Shown: positions 28,901 through 43,900 of the stretch, one piece after another
Layout: every line of letters begins with the position of its first letter
How positions within the stretch are numbered: position 1 is the first letter of the stretch
Assembly (NCBI GenBank): GCA_002633005.1
Contig: NMRA01000900.1
Span: 41,496 to 105,495, forward strand
DNA: 64,000 nucleotides
Direction: 5' to 3'
Source: Phoronis australis
Taxonomy: Eukaryota > Animalia > Phoronida
Made by a program: the position numbers and the translations under genes
The notes under the pieces: model-generated
Seen by the model: only the letters and a program-made list of their open reading frames with translations
Told to the model about the DNA's origin: nothing
Database searches by the model: none

Positions 28901-31900
28901 CCAGTTTAACATACAAAATAACCGACGATACATGTATCTCACGTAATCTCGCGAAGTCTTGGATTTTTAGCATGTTCCTAGGATACATGTAGTTTCTTGC
29001 GTTACTTAAATCTACCCAGCGGATTGTGCTAAAAACCCGAGACACCACACTCCACAACCCCCTCGACCCATGACCGACGACCCCATCGACCCACAACTTA
29101 CAACCAACTCATCACAGTCTAAACATGCTGCTTTCGATCTGAACAAAGAACAAGCGTTTACTTGCATGACCGACAAGTCGGACAGTCAGCTCGTCTGGCT
29201 TTTACATGTTTTTGCAATTAAGACAGTATATTCCCAAGTTTTAAAGCCAGTAGCAAAAAATTGCAAAAATGAAAGACCTGCGCTTACACGCGCACAGTAC
29301 TGTTGTTCCTGGGTTTTCTTCAATTTTATTCTTCTTCTTATTCTTCCTCTTCTTCCGACCAACTTTGAGGCTTAATAACTCCAAATTGGGTGCAGGTACG
29401 GTCTTTTAATTCAGCATATGACTTTTGACAGTATATAAAATTTGAATGGTTATATAATCATAATCCATATTGCACCGGAAGAGGTCATTTTGTGCAAAGG
29501 TCATGTACTATTCAAAATGCTATTCCTTCTTAATTTTTAAAGCAATTCTTTTCAAATTCGGTGCACAGGTACAAGTCAACATGAAAATTTAAAAAATTAC
29601 TTTTCTAAGTAATCGCGTCATCCAATCAGGTGAAATAGGTCAAAGGTCATTAGGTGCAATCTAAAATTTTGAGCTAGACACTTCAAATTGACAGGTCAGA
29701 TTGCCACAGGTGAATCAAATCGGAATCGAAAGTTTCAGGTCATTTAGTGCAAGCATGGGGTCATTAGGTGCGTTTTTCTTCTAAAAATTTGACCTTTTCA
29801 TTCTCCAAGTACACTGATGTGTCAACCGTTAGACAACTGTGGTTCTCATCATTAAACACATTTTTCATGGGCTTTGCAATAATTCTCCTAATGACGCTTA
29901 TAATGCACCGGATAGGGTCAATTAGTGCAAAGGTCAGTTAACGTTCAAAATGTTATATGTCTTTCGTTTTTCAAGGAATTCTTTTCAATTTCAGAACACT
30001 GGTTTAAGTCAACATGCCAATTAAATACCCTACTTTACTTTGCAATAAGCCTAACCAATCAGAAAAAATAGGTCAAAGGTCATTGAGTGCAAACTAAAAT
30101 TTTGAGCTACAAACTTCAGAATTACGTATCTGTTTACTAGGTGCGATTGAGTGTGAATTCTAAATTTGTGCACTCATGTGGTCATTAGGTGCATTTTTCT
30201 TTTGAAAGTTTGACCACTTCATTCATCTTGTGTTCTGAAGTGCTTAAAGTAAAACATCTGTGATTTTTAGAATTAACCACACACTTAATCGAGTTAACCA
30301 TTACTCTCTCATCGGGGCTCATAATGCACCGGAAGAGGTCAATTAGTGGAAAGGTCATCAAAAAATTAATATGTAAATTCACCTATAATTATAAAGAATT
30401 CCTTTTCATATGGGTAAACGGGTTGCTGTCAGTAACTTCCCATAATAATTCCAGTAATACGCGCCCGCAGAGTCCGTGTCACGCGTGACAATAATCTTTC
30501 TAGTGTTACAAATGTCGTTCCCAGGAAAGTGTTATCGTCTTGTCTGCTCTTCAATGAATGGCAGGCTCAACCTTTCTCTGGGAGACTGTGAGGAACCGAC
30601 GTATACAAAATTTCTTCTGTAAATACAGTTAGAAAAAACAAACAAACTGTTAATCAAATAATATCTCAACGTTACATGGAGTGTATTGGAAACGAGTATT
30701 TAACAGAAAGCAAACAATACAAATGGGACATTATGTCCATTCACGTTGAAACACTCTCTCACTAAGTTTAGTAGAAGTTTAGTAGAGCCATTGGTAGCCA
30801 ATCGTGGAACTATTTCCGGGACAACGATTGCACGCTCATAATTCGCTACTTCAGATCTTGTCTTTTAGCAACTTTCTGTTTTTAACCACCAGACTAAGCC
30901 AGAGCAGATTCACATGTGGATAAGTCAGGCGGGAGAGTCATTCAGTGACGTAGTATGATTATGAAATGTGAAAAAAACTCAAAATTAATTTTATAGGCGC
31001 GGGTCCTGGGTCGAGGGAGCCTTATTTCGTATGGACTGTGGGTCGAGTGGGTCGTGGGGTTCCTGGGGTGTTGGGGTTAAGGGTGTTTTAGAACAATCCC
31101 TACCCACCTGCTAATCTGGATGGTTATGTGTCTAAATATTGCGTCGTGTGCGGACATCCAAGTCAGTTATGCTAACTCCCGTTTTCAGCTCTGAAAAAGG
31201 GAAGGTGTTTCGCTTTCTGTTACCACGTGTACGGGAGTAAAACATCTATGGCTCTACTGAGGGTGGTGTTTTACTACACAAACGACACTAACTATGAAGC
31301 CCTTAACATCCAGGAAAATATCGGTAACGAGTGGAGGTGCTCCAAGCTGCAAATAGATTCTACCTCAGACGATGTAAATGTGACGGTGAGACATTTTGTG
31401 GTTCATTTAACGGATTGGTAGTTCACTGGAATTCGGTTCATTCTTTTTGACTGTGTCAATGAGCATTATTCTTGCCCAAATTGTAGCATTATACATAAAT
31501 ACAGTTATACACAGAAGTTAATATTAGCATTGATCCCATGCATGTTGTAAAAAGTTTGAGTGCAATTCGGCCATGTGGTACTGTATTCCGTGTTGCACCT
31601 CCGGAACTTCTTTTAACAGTGCCCTCTGTACTCTGACATGGGAAATACAAAAAGTAGGCCAATGTCCACTCGCCGGCCTGAACATCAAATTTTCCCTTCT
31701 GAAGAACAAGAATTAGAAGAGTGTGAGATAAACACAATTTTGGCTTCGCTTTATAGACGGAATAATGTCTCGTGGGTCATCATTTTATGTCTGGCAGTAG
31801 GTGTAAGTTTTGTGAATACACGTCGTGCACTGAAGGTTAATATTGTTTTCCCTGTTATCCAAAACATTCCCTAAACATCGGTCTGTATTTGTGTTTTGTG

Positions 31901-34900
31901 AAACCCATGCGCATACCCAGCCAAAAAATGGGGACTCAAAATTTTCAGCATGTGGACTTTTTTCTATAAAGACAGGACCAAAAACGAGGTACTACGTTCA
32001 GACCCGTGAATTGTGCATTCGCGCAAAATTCCAGTGGACTTTTGTTTCGTTTAACTTCTTTTCAGGCGGACATTTTTGCCCGCTTCGCCAAAGGTAGGCT
32101 GTTTCGAGACCCCCAAGCTCCCTCCCCCTTAGCGCAGATGCAGCCATGATTCTCGAATCTTTAATTGACATGACCACTTCAAGGTATGTGCATCCATATG
32201 CTGCTTTGGTCAAGTGATTGATCACGGCGTAAAATTGGTCTGATCCCTCACATCGCAATCTGACGCATCTGCGTATTTGAAAACTGATATTACGTGGGCC
32301 CGGCAAGATCATACTACAGCGACACTCTTTTGTGATTTAACCTATCATAGGACAGTGGAGGGACGATAATACTATATGTACGTTTGATACAGTATGCCAT
32401 ATCAGTGAAAATTTTTTGTCGCTACTCTACCAAAAGAATACATGTATGGTGAAGGTCACGTGAAATCTTACTTCGCTACGCTGTTTTCTAATATGCGCGC
32501 ACCCAAGGAGGGCTCGGGGGTGCTCGAACGATCCCCCCATTTGGCGAAGTGGGCAAAAAGGTCCGCCTGTGAGGTACAGAAAGACGATAAAATGAGATAA
32601 AAGTCTACTAAACAAGCAAAAACGCACAATTCACAGTGGTGCGCCTTTTTTTTCTTTTTTAGTCATCCGGCTATTTTGTTATTTTGTTACCAAAAGGTCC
32701 ACAACGTAAGGAATTCGAGCCCCCATATTGAAGGCTGGCTGCGTGCGTGTCTAAGTCAACTATGGCTACCAAAGTTTACGTGAGATGGCACCCCTCGGTA
32801 TTGAACTGAAATGATTTCCACTCTAAATGTACAACTCATCAAATGGGTTCTATTGAAATTAGCTCAGGACATCCAGGTTTAGTTTGAAAGTTTTATACAA
32901 GCTGTTGCAAATTTTAAAACATCAAGCATAAAATGTCAATTTCCAGTTACGTCCCTACAGTGAGATGATATAGCAATATCGCTCAGTTCTCGTGATACGG
33001 GTTGATAGTCAAGAAATAAAACATATATGGGCCACTTTATCAAATTCTTGAGTGATACACCACCTAAAAACCCCTTGTTCATGCCAGTTGTGTGGAAGTA
33101 TTTTGCGTGCGAAACGAGTTCAATGGACCCTTCCAAGGGGACTGTGTGTTGTGGTCATTTATACGGCGATTGTTTCATGACAGGTGAGTATTGTTATTTT
33201 TTGTGACGGCCACGTGATTAGAAAAGTGGTGATTCATTATTATAGGCGTAAACTTTGTATGAAGCAACATGACGTTGTAGGCTGATATTTCCGGGAAACG
33301 GTTTATAGTGTACAGGTCTGGAAGATGAATTGATGGCATGAGAACATAAGTAATTAGTAAGTGATTTTTAATGTAATTTATATAATTAATATTTTAGATA
33401 ATGATAGAGTACACTCGTCGACGTAGTTTTCAAGCCGACATAGCCGTGGATAACATCAGGACGTGGCCTGGTTATTGTTCTATTAATCCAGGTTAGTAGT
33501 ACTCTGAGCAATGAGATCATTGTCGCCAGACACGTGCAGAATTGTACATGTATAAGGAGTCTGGTGACCTTTGTAATATGTGGTGCTTGTTGATGTCGAC
33601 ACTTCCCTCCCGTCATAAAAACTTTTGAGCCACTGACACAGTTAATTCGTGCCCCCCATTGACACAACCCAGCTGGTTATGAGGCGAAGACCTATTCTGC
33701 AGCTTAGCCGAAGTCAAACTCTTCTAATGGCCGTAGACTGAAGCCAACTAAACCAGCTTATGAGTATAATAAGTGCACTGGTTATCATTTTTGCAGCTGT
33801 GTGGCGTGTAACCTGGTTTAATTGTTTTGGTAAGAAAACTTTAGAGGTCGCTTTTTGGTATGTGGATTGTATTGTTATGTTTTTTTTTTCATTTAGTTAA
33901 GTGAAAAAACAGGCATACTATATGTGTGTCGTTATACATGCATAATGCCTTCTGTGTATGTACACTGTAGCAAAGTGCCGAGGCTTTTTTGGATTTCAAC
34001 TCAGTAGCGCTGTATATTTAATAAAAGCAGAATGATTGGTTTTAGACTCTTAGAAAATGAACAATTTATCTTGTTTGTGCCAATGTACTTGAAGAAAAAT
34101 TAGAGAAATAAAAAGGTACACTGATAACAAAATGACAGCATCAATAACAACAAGGTCAAACTTTGTGTCATATGAATGTTCAACATGAAATGTATGGAAA
34201 CGGTTCAACAGTTTCATTTTATTTTCGTTCGGTGTGCTTTTGATTTTTTGAAGAAAATCATAAAGGTCTAGTTTATATTGTCGCTTGTGCGAAAGTGGAA
34301 CATTTTAATAAGTTCGTACACTGTTTTGAAAAGCGGACCTTAATGCATAATATTTGAAAGTTCCGTATGAATCGGAAGAAACAATTCTGAGATATGATGC
34401 TCCGAATTTAGACAAGGTGGGATATCTTTCATGACATAATCCTAATAAATTGAATTTGTCAGCTACTGTATGCCAGTCTAGGGGTCTAGTGTGGCTCTGC
34501 TGTATCACAATACTCCAGCACTATGTTTATCTCTTTCAGTTGAACGGTGTGCAGATCCAATTCAACCTAAAAAGGCAGTTCTATCTGGCGGGGGAAAGTC
34601 CCTTTACGAGCCAGGGGATACCGTCACGTTTTCATGCATACCGGGGACGAACATTTCCAGCGGCGAACTTACAAGGGAATGTCAAATAGACGGAAGCTGG
34701 TCTGGTGCGACACCTGTGTGTTTAGGTTAGCATCAGTGTCACCTGTCTATAAATAAGTACATGCTACAAGTACACAGTTGCTATGTCTCGGCGTTTTGTG
34801 AATATACATTTTTGGGGCTAAAATCCCAATCTTATTCACTGATATGATCAACGATAATTTTCATTGACTTGTTGTGTTAGGATAATGACGTACCTGTTTA

Positions 34901-37900
34901 GGCTATGAGACAGATCTTATAATACAGGTTTAATTTGATTGTGTCTGTATGCCTGTGCATCACCAGGCCACGTAAAATTTATTGTAGACAATAGGGTTAC
35001 ATTGCATTAATTATTTTTTGTCAATTACTTTGGTTATTGAGCATTCAGTATACCTGACTTTACTTCATTCATTCAAACTACACATCGTCCTTCGATTTTC
35101 CACGTCTAGTTGATTCAGGATCTCCTGTTTCTCACTTCTGCCACGAGTTCGCTAAACAGGTAATAATTAGGAGTTATGGGCCTCAAAAGGGGAGACCATC
35201 AAATGATTTTCTTTCTGATGAAAGGTTTCAACGGTATACTGTTTGAGCTTCCTAGAAAATACAAGCCTACAACACTACCGTAGGAGTAATCGAATTATGT
35301 TTTAATAAGTAATCTATTATGAAATACAACTGATTTTCCTTTGATATTTAGAACTATTGTTCCAGGTATGCCTTGTCCAAATCCTGTGCCTGCGTCAAAC
35401 GGACATATCTCTAGTACAGGCCCATTCACAGTTGGAGACGAGGTTACTTTGGGATGTAACACCGGTTACAACAAAACCGGAAGTGACACCATTCTCTGTC
35501 AAATCGGAGGCACGTGGAGTCAAGCAAACATAACATGTCTGGGTAAGTGACTTTGAACTTGAGAATGTTTTGTTGCAAAAACTGAGTGCGTTTAGTCAAT
35601 CATACATATATACATTCAAAAATAGTGGGTCTGGAACTTGTGTCCAAGATGGAAACTGTATGTGGGGGCTGTTCAGATGGGAAATGAGGGGACAGATTCG
35701 CTGGAGCCTGTTTCAGAAGTGCGAATGACGCCAAAGTAGTGCTATGTAACTATTCTCACTAAAACTCTCCCATTACAGATATCGACGAATGTGCTAACAG
35801 TCCTTGTCCAGCAAAAGCCATCTGTACGAACACCGCAGGGAGTTATGATTGCGCGTGCATTGCGGGTTACCAAATGAGAGGATCTCTTTGTGAAGGTACC
35901 TGCATTGATAAATGGTGTTCAAATCAGTTCTTAGAATGGACAAACTAGCACCTTGACGAGCAGTCCGGGTTTACAGGCTTCGACTGTGTGGTGCATTGGC
36001 TGTGTGCTACATGTATATTGAGTGGTTGCTACATTGACTGTATGCTATATTGTCTGTGTGGTACATTGATTGTGCGCTATTTTGACTGTGTGGTACATTG
36101 ACTGTGTGCTGTCTATTGACTGTGTGGTACATTGGTCGGTGCTATATTGACTGTGTGCTATATTGACTGCGTGATACATTGACTGTCTGCTATATTGACT
36201 CTGTGGTACATTGACTGCGGGGTACATTGACAGCGTGGTACATTGAATGTGTACTACATTGCCTTGGTGCTATATTGACTGCGTGGTACATTGACAGCGT
36301 GGTACATTGAATGTGTACTACATTGACTTGGTGCTATATTGACTGCATGGAACATTTTCCCTTTAAAGATGTTGACGAGTGCAGTTCAAGCCAACTGAAC
36401 AACTGTCATCAATATTCCACGTGCACAAACTCGGAGGGGAGCTACGCGTGCTCTTGCAACGCTGGTTTCCAAGGCAATGGCACAGATTGCGAAGGTGCGT
36501 GTTTGGGTTCATCGAGGTATGAATAATAAAAGAGCAACGTTTTTTTTTGCGCACATCTATGGCATGCATACTGCGCGTTTAGTGAGGTTACATATACATC
36601 TTGTATGGCGGCATTTTCATATATACAAAAGGTTGCTTTGATACATGAGCTTTCTTTATATAAAATTGTTGGGATATTTTTGGGGTTCGGGTGCTCTCCA
36701 TCAATATTCTGATATGCATGTTGTTTTTGAATGTGATGATTAGTCACCAAAAGGGCATATTTTGGCTATAAGCGTTGAGATTTTTTAGCGCCACACAGTG
36801 AGGTAATGAGATACCTTTTACAGGATGGGTGAATGCACCATAGTGTTTAATCCTCTATGTTTAGAGGCAACGCATTCAATCTCAACCCCATTTCTGCATT
36901 TGGCGTCAACGATTTTAGCCAATATTTGAACCCACCAAACATTGTCAGCAGATATATTGTCTTTTGATTCTTAATTTTACAAGTTTTGTGAAAGCTTACC
37001 CCTGCTTTTAGTTTCTTGTCTCTACTGAACTCATTAAAGTCCTAAGCCCAGTACTATCTTTCAAACCACAGACTAAATCTTTTATTACTTGACCCATTTG
37101 TTATGGAGAATAGTTTGGTCATTGATCTGTTGAGTCATTGCAGTACAGTATATAGTACTGCGTCATCGTTTCGAAATATTGATATCAATTTCTTCTAGAT
37201 CGCAAAATAGTACCTGAATGCGCCGTCTTAAGAAAAATCTGTAAGCGACATGGTTAAAACAGGACAAGTTACACCAGTAGATAGGTTTGCCTTTGATACA
37301 TATTCCTCCCAGTGTTGTTAACATCGTTTTTCCAAAGGCTTTTTGAATAGCAGTTTCTGTTTGGGAATTAGTATAACATAATGAAACCATGCTCGATAAG
37401 TCGTTCCCCATTTCAGATATCGACGAATGCGCAAGCAGTCCCTGTACAGCAAATGCCGTCTGTACGAACACCGCTGGAAGTTACAGTTGCGCGTGCAGTA
37501 CAGGTTACCAAATGATAGGATCTCTTTGTGAAGGTACCTGCGTTGTTAAATAGTGTTCAAATCAGATCTAAGAACAAAAAGACTAGCACCTGGTCACAGT
37601 CCGGGTTCACAGGCCTCGCAATGTTGGTCAAATTAGACAACAACATAAACCAAGAGAAGCTAGTTGCATACTACTGTAAAACTACAAATAATAATCATCT
37701 TCAGTATATACGTCATGCCGCCGTAGCAAATTCTTATACATTATATTGCGGCACCTATTCTGCAACACTGTACTGTACGAATGTAAATGCGTCTGATGGC
37801 TTCAGTCTTTCCTCGGAAATGTCCTAATTACACCATAACAGTGGTTTCTGGCACGTGCTTGTTGCTTTTTGTTGAACTTGGTTATGATATTTAATTGCCC

Positions 37901-40900
37901 ATGAACTGTATTTTCAAAAAATCTAGCGGTCAGCATGATTTCGCTTTTCATCACAATTCAGTCTCGTCGATGCAGTGATTCGATTGCGTGTGCTTGCGGA
38001 GCATGGTCTGAAAAAAAACATGGAGATGCTGTGCTAGCGCTTTTTGTTATGGCGTGTAAGGCCTTGTTCCAATACGTTTCTGTGACTTTTGGGTAGATTT
38101 CGGGTGGTCTCAGAATAGATGCGGGGCGAATTTATGTCTTTAAGCAAGGAGGAGAAGGGTTCTAAATAGTTTTCGCGTCCTCCAGTACAAAATATGATTC
38201 CTTGGCCTCACCTCAAACGTTTTTATTGTTCTGCGTTGACTGGAGTGCCACCTGTTGTTACAGATATCGAGGAGTGTGCAGATGGATTCGATGACTGTGA
38301 CATGGACGCAACATGCACGAATACAAAGGGCAGTTATATCTGTCAGTGTAACCACGGTTACACAGGAACTGGGGTGTCTTGCACTGGTAATGTATTTCCT
38401 TCTGTTTAGTATGTGAACTACGTGTATTTAACTGGTAGTAAATATTGACGAGTTCGCATTTCTGAGATCAAAATTTTGGGCCATGTTTTTGTTGATGACA
38501 ACCGATTGGTGAAATTTTAGTCGCATTTTTGTATGAATTGGTTTACAAATGGTTGGCTTCCCACAATCCATTGCACGAGAGACAGTTCCTTGTATATGCA
38601 GAACGGCCAAACTGTTGAAGAGACGTGACCGGGATTGACAGGTTGCTTCACATTGGTTAAAGGGCTATAATTTAAACGGCAGCTGAACGTGAGGTCTGCA
38701 TAACTCGCCAAGACAGTAAAACAAATCAGATACATGTATCAGCAGTCTTATCGGTGTGTAAAATTGTCTTCGTTAGCGTGTAATGTGTTTGTCGAATGTA
38801 CTCACTGAGACTCCATCACATAAAATCAATGTTGACATCACCGTTTTTAGATTACACATTTAAGACCGTGACGATTTCCGGTTGGCGACTATACACATGC
38901 CTCAGCCGTTGGTTGGCTCGGCGGAATCGACGGAAACGATTAGGTGCAACCAGTGATTGGTACAATTATAATCCGCCATATTTGGCAATACACCAATCAT
39001 AGATAAGTGACTGAGTGATGAGTATATGGTGGACGCAAAACAGAAGATGTCTTTTGAGCATACTCTGGCTGTCAGGAGCGGGTCCAGGATTTTGAATTGG
39101 GGAGGCAGGGCACAGGGATAACCAAAATTTTGACAGAGGCGCCCGCCCAGCCTAAAGCGCGAGGATACAGGAGTCTCGAATATTTGGGGATTGCAGACCT
39201 GTTGAAAAAAAAAACGGGAAACGGGGTTTGTTCAGGTCTATTCATTGTTTATTCAACCCCCCAGGGCCCCCTGGTTGCACAAGTGTGCTAGTCGGCAATT
39301 CGCAGCCGAACTCCCAAATGGTGTCTGGTAGAATTTTAGGGGGCCGATGGCCCCCTTGCCCCCCCTAAATTCCCCACTGTCTACTCTTGCTATATACATC
39401 TGTATATCCTTCACCAAGTCATGTGACCTACAGTGTATCTAGGGGTGACACAGTTGACTCCGTTGCGTAGCTGCAAGCGTCAGATGACAAATAGACGATG
39501 CTAGTTTGTGAAAGTAAATTTAGTGGTATTGCTTTAGGATATCTCCAACCTTATTCACATAAATTGACATTTTTTACAATATTTCACAAGTGTCAGTCTC
39601 GCGGAACTTCAAATACAAAATATATACCGTGAGGGAACAAAATTTACAGAACCGCCTTCGAACCGCTCAACCGCGTGGGCATTCGTTTACTAGTTATCCG
39701 AGATCAAGGGTTACGGGGCTGTCACTTAAATGGAACCTCCCGCCAGGTACAGAGCAGCTTCGTGTATAACATCATTCCTTCCATTCACCGAGTGGCTATA
39801 TTATTTAGTCAACGATGTGTACTTATGGTAGAACAGTACCGGGGAAACAAAGATAAGTAGTTTTGATCCTGAAGCAGTTGTCCGTCTACAACATACTGCC
39901 GTTGAGAACGAATGTTACCAGTCGCCTCTTTCCTGTGTGACCATGAACACAGAAAGTTGTGAAAAGAGATAAATCCTCACCCAAGTAGTCTAATTCAATA
40001 AATAAATTGTCATCTCGCTATTTCGACTTATCCAGTTCTATCTTGGTTTCGTAATCCTCTCCCGGCTCGTGACGCTTACAGGTTTTGTGTATACAATGTA
40101 ACTATACACCGGACCTACATTTAAGTAGGTCAAACAAGGGTAACAGTTGATCCCACCTCGTTTTAATGATAATTAAGAAATTTACGTACTCTAATCGCTG
40201 TTGACATTGCGAGTGACTGTTGAATTAGCTAACATTTTTGAAGCGTATATACCTTTGGTGCGATAAATGGCGGTACATTCTTTCACAGTGGTACGAAAGG
40301 CAGCTCTGTGGATGTTGTTAATCCTGACTTCTCACCGCATAGAATAAAGAAACTGACAACATGAAATTCAGTCATTCCCCTTGGTTTAATCTCGGGAAGA
40401 CTCTTTCAGTTTACTGTTATGTACAATGTAGTATGGTGACCACTTTTGGCCGTTGAATTTTGCCAAACCATTAAAGCGGGCATTGAAGGAAGTAAACAAA
40501 ATCGAGGGAACCCCGAACTGGTCTATGGCCGAGGCCAAACAAATGCAGTGCATATAAGGCGTGTGCAAACGGTTCTGACATGATCGATAAGCGTCTGGCC
40601 AAGCATGAGCATTGATACCCACACACGGACTTCCGGGGTGTATCGTTTCAGTGTAGGTGGCGCTGTGTCATAGTGTAAGCTGGCGATGAAGTCAAACATA
40701 GTCTCGTGTTGCAAGAGGTGGTCTCATATGCGATACTTAATCAAAAACTAGATGCCTATTCATGAAGCCCTTCATGGTTACCCTTATATTCCCTTCACTC
40801 AGACTCTACTTAGGTGTCGTTAACCAAGTTGGCAACCTTGCCAAAGCGGCAAATGCAGGCTATTGCCGCCATCAGGGCTTAACATCAATACATTTGCCTG

Positions 40901-43900
40901 TCCTCACGTTAATAGGTCCAAGTAGTGGAGTTACGACCGTGTGGCTAGTAGAAAAGTTGTCGCTGTCGCTTATTCCATGCACAGTCAGTTTTCAACAGGT
41001 ACATCAGCCACTCTGGTTTTCTGGTTTCTAAGGAGAACCTGGCCCAGTTCGTCATTCATAAAATTGCTTGCATGAAAATGAAATACGATGCTCTTAGATT
41101 GAGAGTTAACGAATATATTTTTGTAAAAATCAGCAATCAGCCCCTTCCTTACAGTTCGTCCTCCCTCGAACGTATTCATTGTGACAAACCAAATTGTATG
41201 GACTAACCTTAGCCAGTAACGAGTTCCTAGTTGTTGTACACCTGGATTTAACACCTACCTTATTCGCCGTAATAACCGCCCATGCCCCTATAAGCGCCTC
41301 CCCCAAGCGTTTTCAGACTGAAATAAGCGCCCAGTCCATGAACGTGTACATGCGAACAATGACGTACCTACAGTCCTAAAACTCGGCTACAGTAACGTCT
41401 TCAGTTTATCAAAAAAAAATTGCACGGGTCTTCTAGACCACCAGCGGCACTGCTACGTTTGTATTTAGCTGTGACTTTACACTTCAAAGTAACGCAGCGC
41501 TTCAAAAAGAGCGCAACAGCGTTGCTACTCTCTGGCGACGACCGTGTCCCACTATGGTCTGACCTTTCAGTAGACACATCGACTGTCTCATACGGTATAA
41601 AAATAACTCGTGTTAAACGCACGTGACCAGGAAGCGCGCGCGCTACATACATGAATCTGTCATCAAAGACATTAGTCGGGAACTTTCCATTCATGAAACG
41701 GGTAGCATAGCATCGATAAGAAATGAATATTGGCACTAATTTCCGACAATTTCTAATACTATAAAACATGTTTGCGTTATTTTTGAGATGGATTGTTTGA
41801 TTAACCATGATTGGTGTTTTTTGAGCCGAATATCGATAAAATGACAACTGACAGTGAATGCTTACACACCCTTACACCAAAAATAACTGTCAGATAGTTA
41901 CATACGCATCCAGCTAGTACAGGGCGACTAATATGGGCCTTACCGAGACAAATGTAGAAAGTTTTTAGCACGAGACCGGCAAGTGCTGAATGAAACACGC
42001 TCTCGTTTAGGCCTACTGCCTGTGCAAATTTCTTTAGACACATCATAGATTATAGACAACTATAGTCTATGGACACATCTAGCTAGTTAGATTGCGTGCC
42101 TCTGGCCAAAAGACGGTCTCTGCTTTGGCTAATGAACTCTGGTGACACGCACGGGCTCGCTTATTCGCAGACGAACTTCAAAACAAACGTCACGTGACAA
42201 CAACATGTGCGTTCGTCCAGACATTTTTCTCGCCGTGTTGCCGATCATACATGTAGATGGCACGATGCTGCACAGATTTGTACTTAAACCTGCCGGTTAA
42301 TCCAGACTCCACGGGAACTTAAAAAATCTTAGAGACGCTACTTATAAAACTTAATGAGGATTTCAGGTAATTTGCTCGAGTCGAAACCATTTTGATTCAA
42401 GCATTGAAATCGCCATATCGAAGACGGCGATTTCGAGGCAGTCAGTCGGCGAGTTTTCGCCCTGGGATTTCAGCACAATTTTCTGTAAAATGATCGTAAT
42501 TTAGCACCAAGGTTTGATAGCAATGCACCACATTTTTGTTGGAAGTCTTTCATAGATTACATATACGTCACAGAGCGTAAATTTGATGAATCTTAGCTTC
42601 CGATTTCACCCGTTTCGGAGACCGGGTTTCAACCGCCTTGGGTTATAATAAGCGCCCCCCTGAGCCGAACTTTTCTAAGCGCCCTGGGCGGTTTATTACG
42701 GCGAATACGGTAAATATATTTCGACTATAGGGCAATATTATTAGTTATTGAAAGAGTTGTGTTCGAAGCTCTCGCTTATAACAACTCTGGAAAGTAGCCC
42801 GGGGCTTGGCATTGAGAATTTTTAGCCAGCATTAAGATCTCAGGCAAAATGTTGCGGAGTCGTAGCCGACAACCACACACCTCAGTCGCTATCACTAATT
42901 TTCTGGTGACTTTCTTACCCATAAAATGCACTACGTTTTTTTGTCTTCGACAAAGTCATGAAACTGCACCGATTAAAGATCATCATTGATATTACTTGGA
43001 TCATTGGCAAACACTGGAGAATGGAGAAATGGCCAATGGAGCAAAAATTAAGGCTACATTATAAACTTATCAAAGACCTCTCATCATTACGATATTTTCT
43101 GTTACCTGGAGCTATTGTTTCAAACGATCACATGCCTCAACAAATACGACAGCGTGCCAGAGGGAAAAGATTTCAACTTTTGAAAATGTTGCGTTCTTTA
43201 AGAAAAAAGGACTCTCCGTTTTTGATTAAAAAGTCCGTTCGTTATGCCTTTGTCATAACCGCTGTACGATGAAGTTGCGTAACGTGCAACTCATTTCCAT
43301 TGGTGGATACATTGTAAAATGCACGGTGGCGGATTTAAAGGGGGCCAATGGGGCCATGCCCCTACCCCCCTAACATTCTGTCATATTCCATTGGGCCGTT
43401 CGGTGTGCGAATGTCTGACGAGCAAAATCCTCTGTCTCTAACTCTAAATCCTGGATCCGCTCCCGATACAAGTGTCAAAAAGTTGAATCTTAGGATGCCA
43501 CTACCAATGGCCCTGATTTACTAGACATAGGGATTTTTGACTCTAAATACATTATCAAGCTATAGCTATGTTCTTTACTGACCTGTGGCTGAGGGACTGT
43601 TTGGGGAGTTGATGTCTTAGATCAAACATTAAAAAGGCAATCGGTTACCAAGGTCCAATGGGTAAAGCTATGTCTCGTTATCTGCACGTGCGTCGACCTT
43701 TACAACCTTGTTACTCACTCAGCCGGCATAAATATGGTATGCAAAAGAATCTGCAAAACATGTTTTTTTAACCTTATACGACATTAAACCCCAGTCCACT
43801 CATAAAGTCAATGTACTCTACGTCTCACATTTTAGAGCACCAACGAATTATTTCCTCGTTATATTCACTCCAATCGACACTAGAAAATCGGAGAAAATAC

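Noticed and set aside
31900-32750. Inverted pair at ~32063-32135 and ~32496-32570 as a structured RNA
   Set aside because: Better explained as two oppositely oriented copies of a short MITE family. There is no ncRNA signature.
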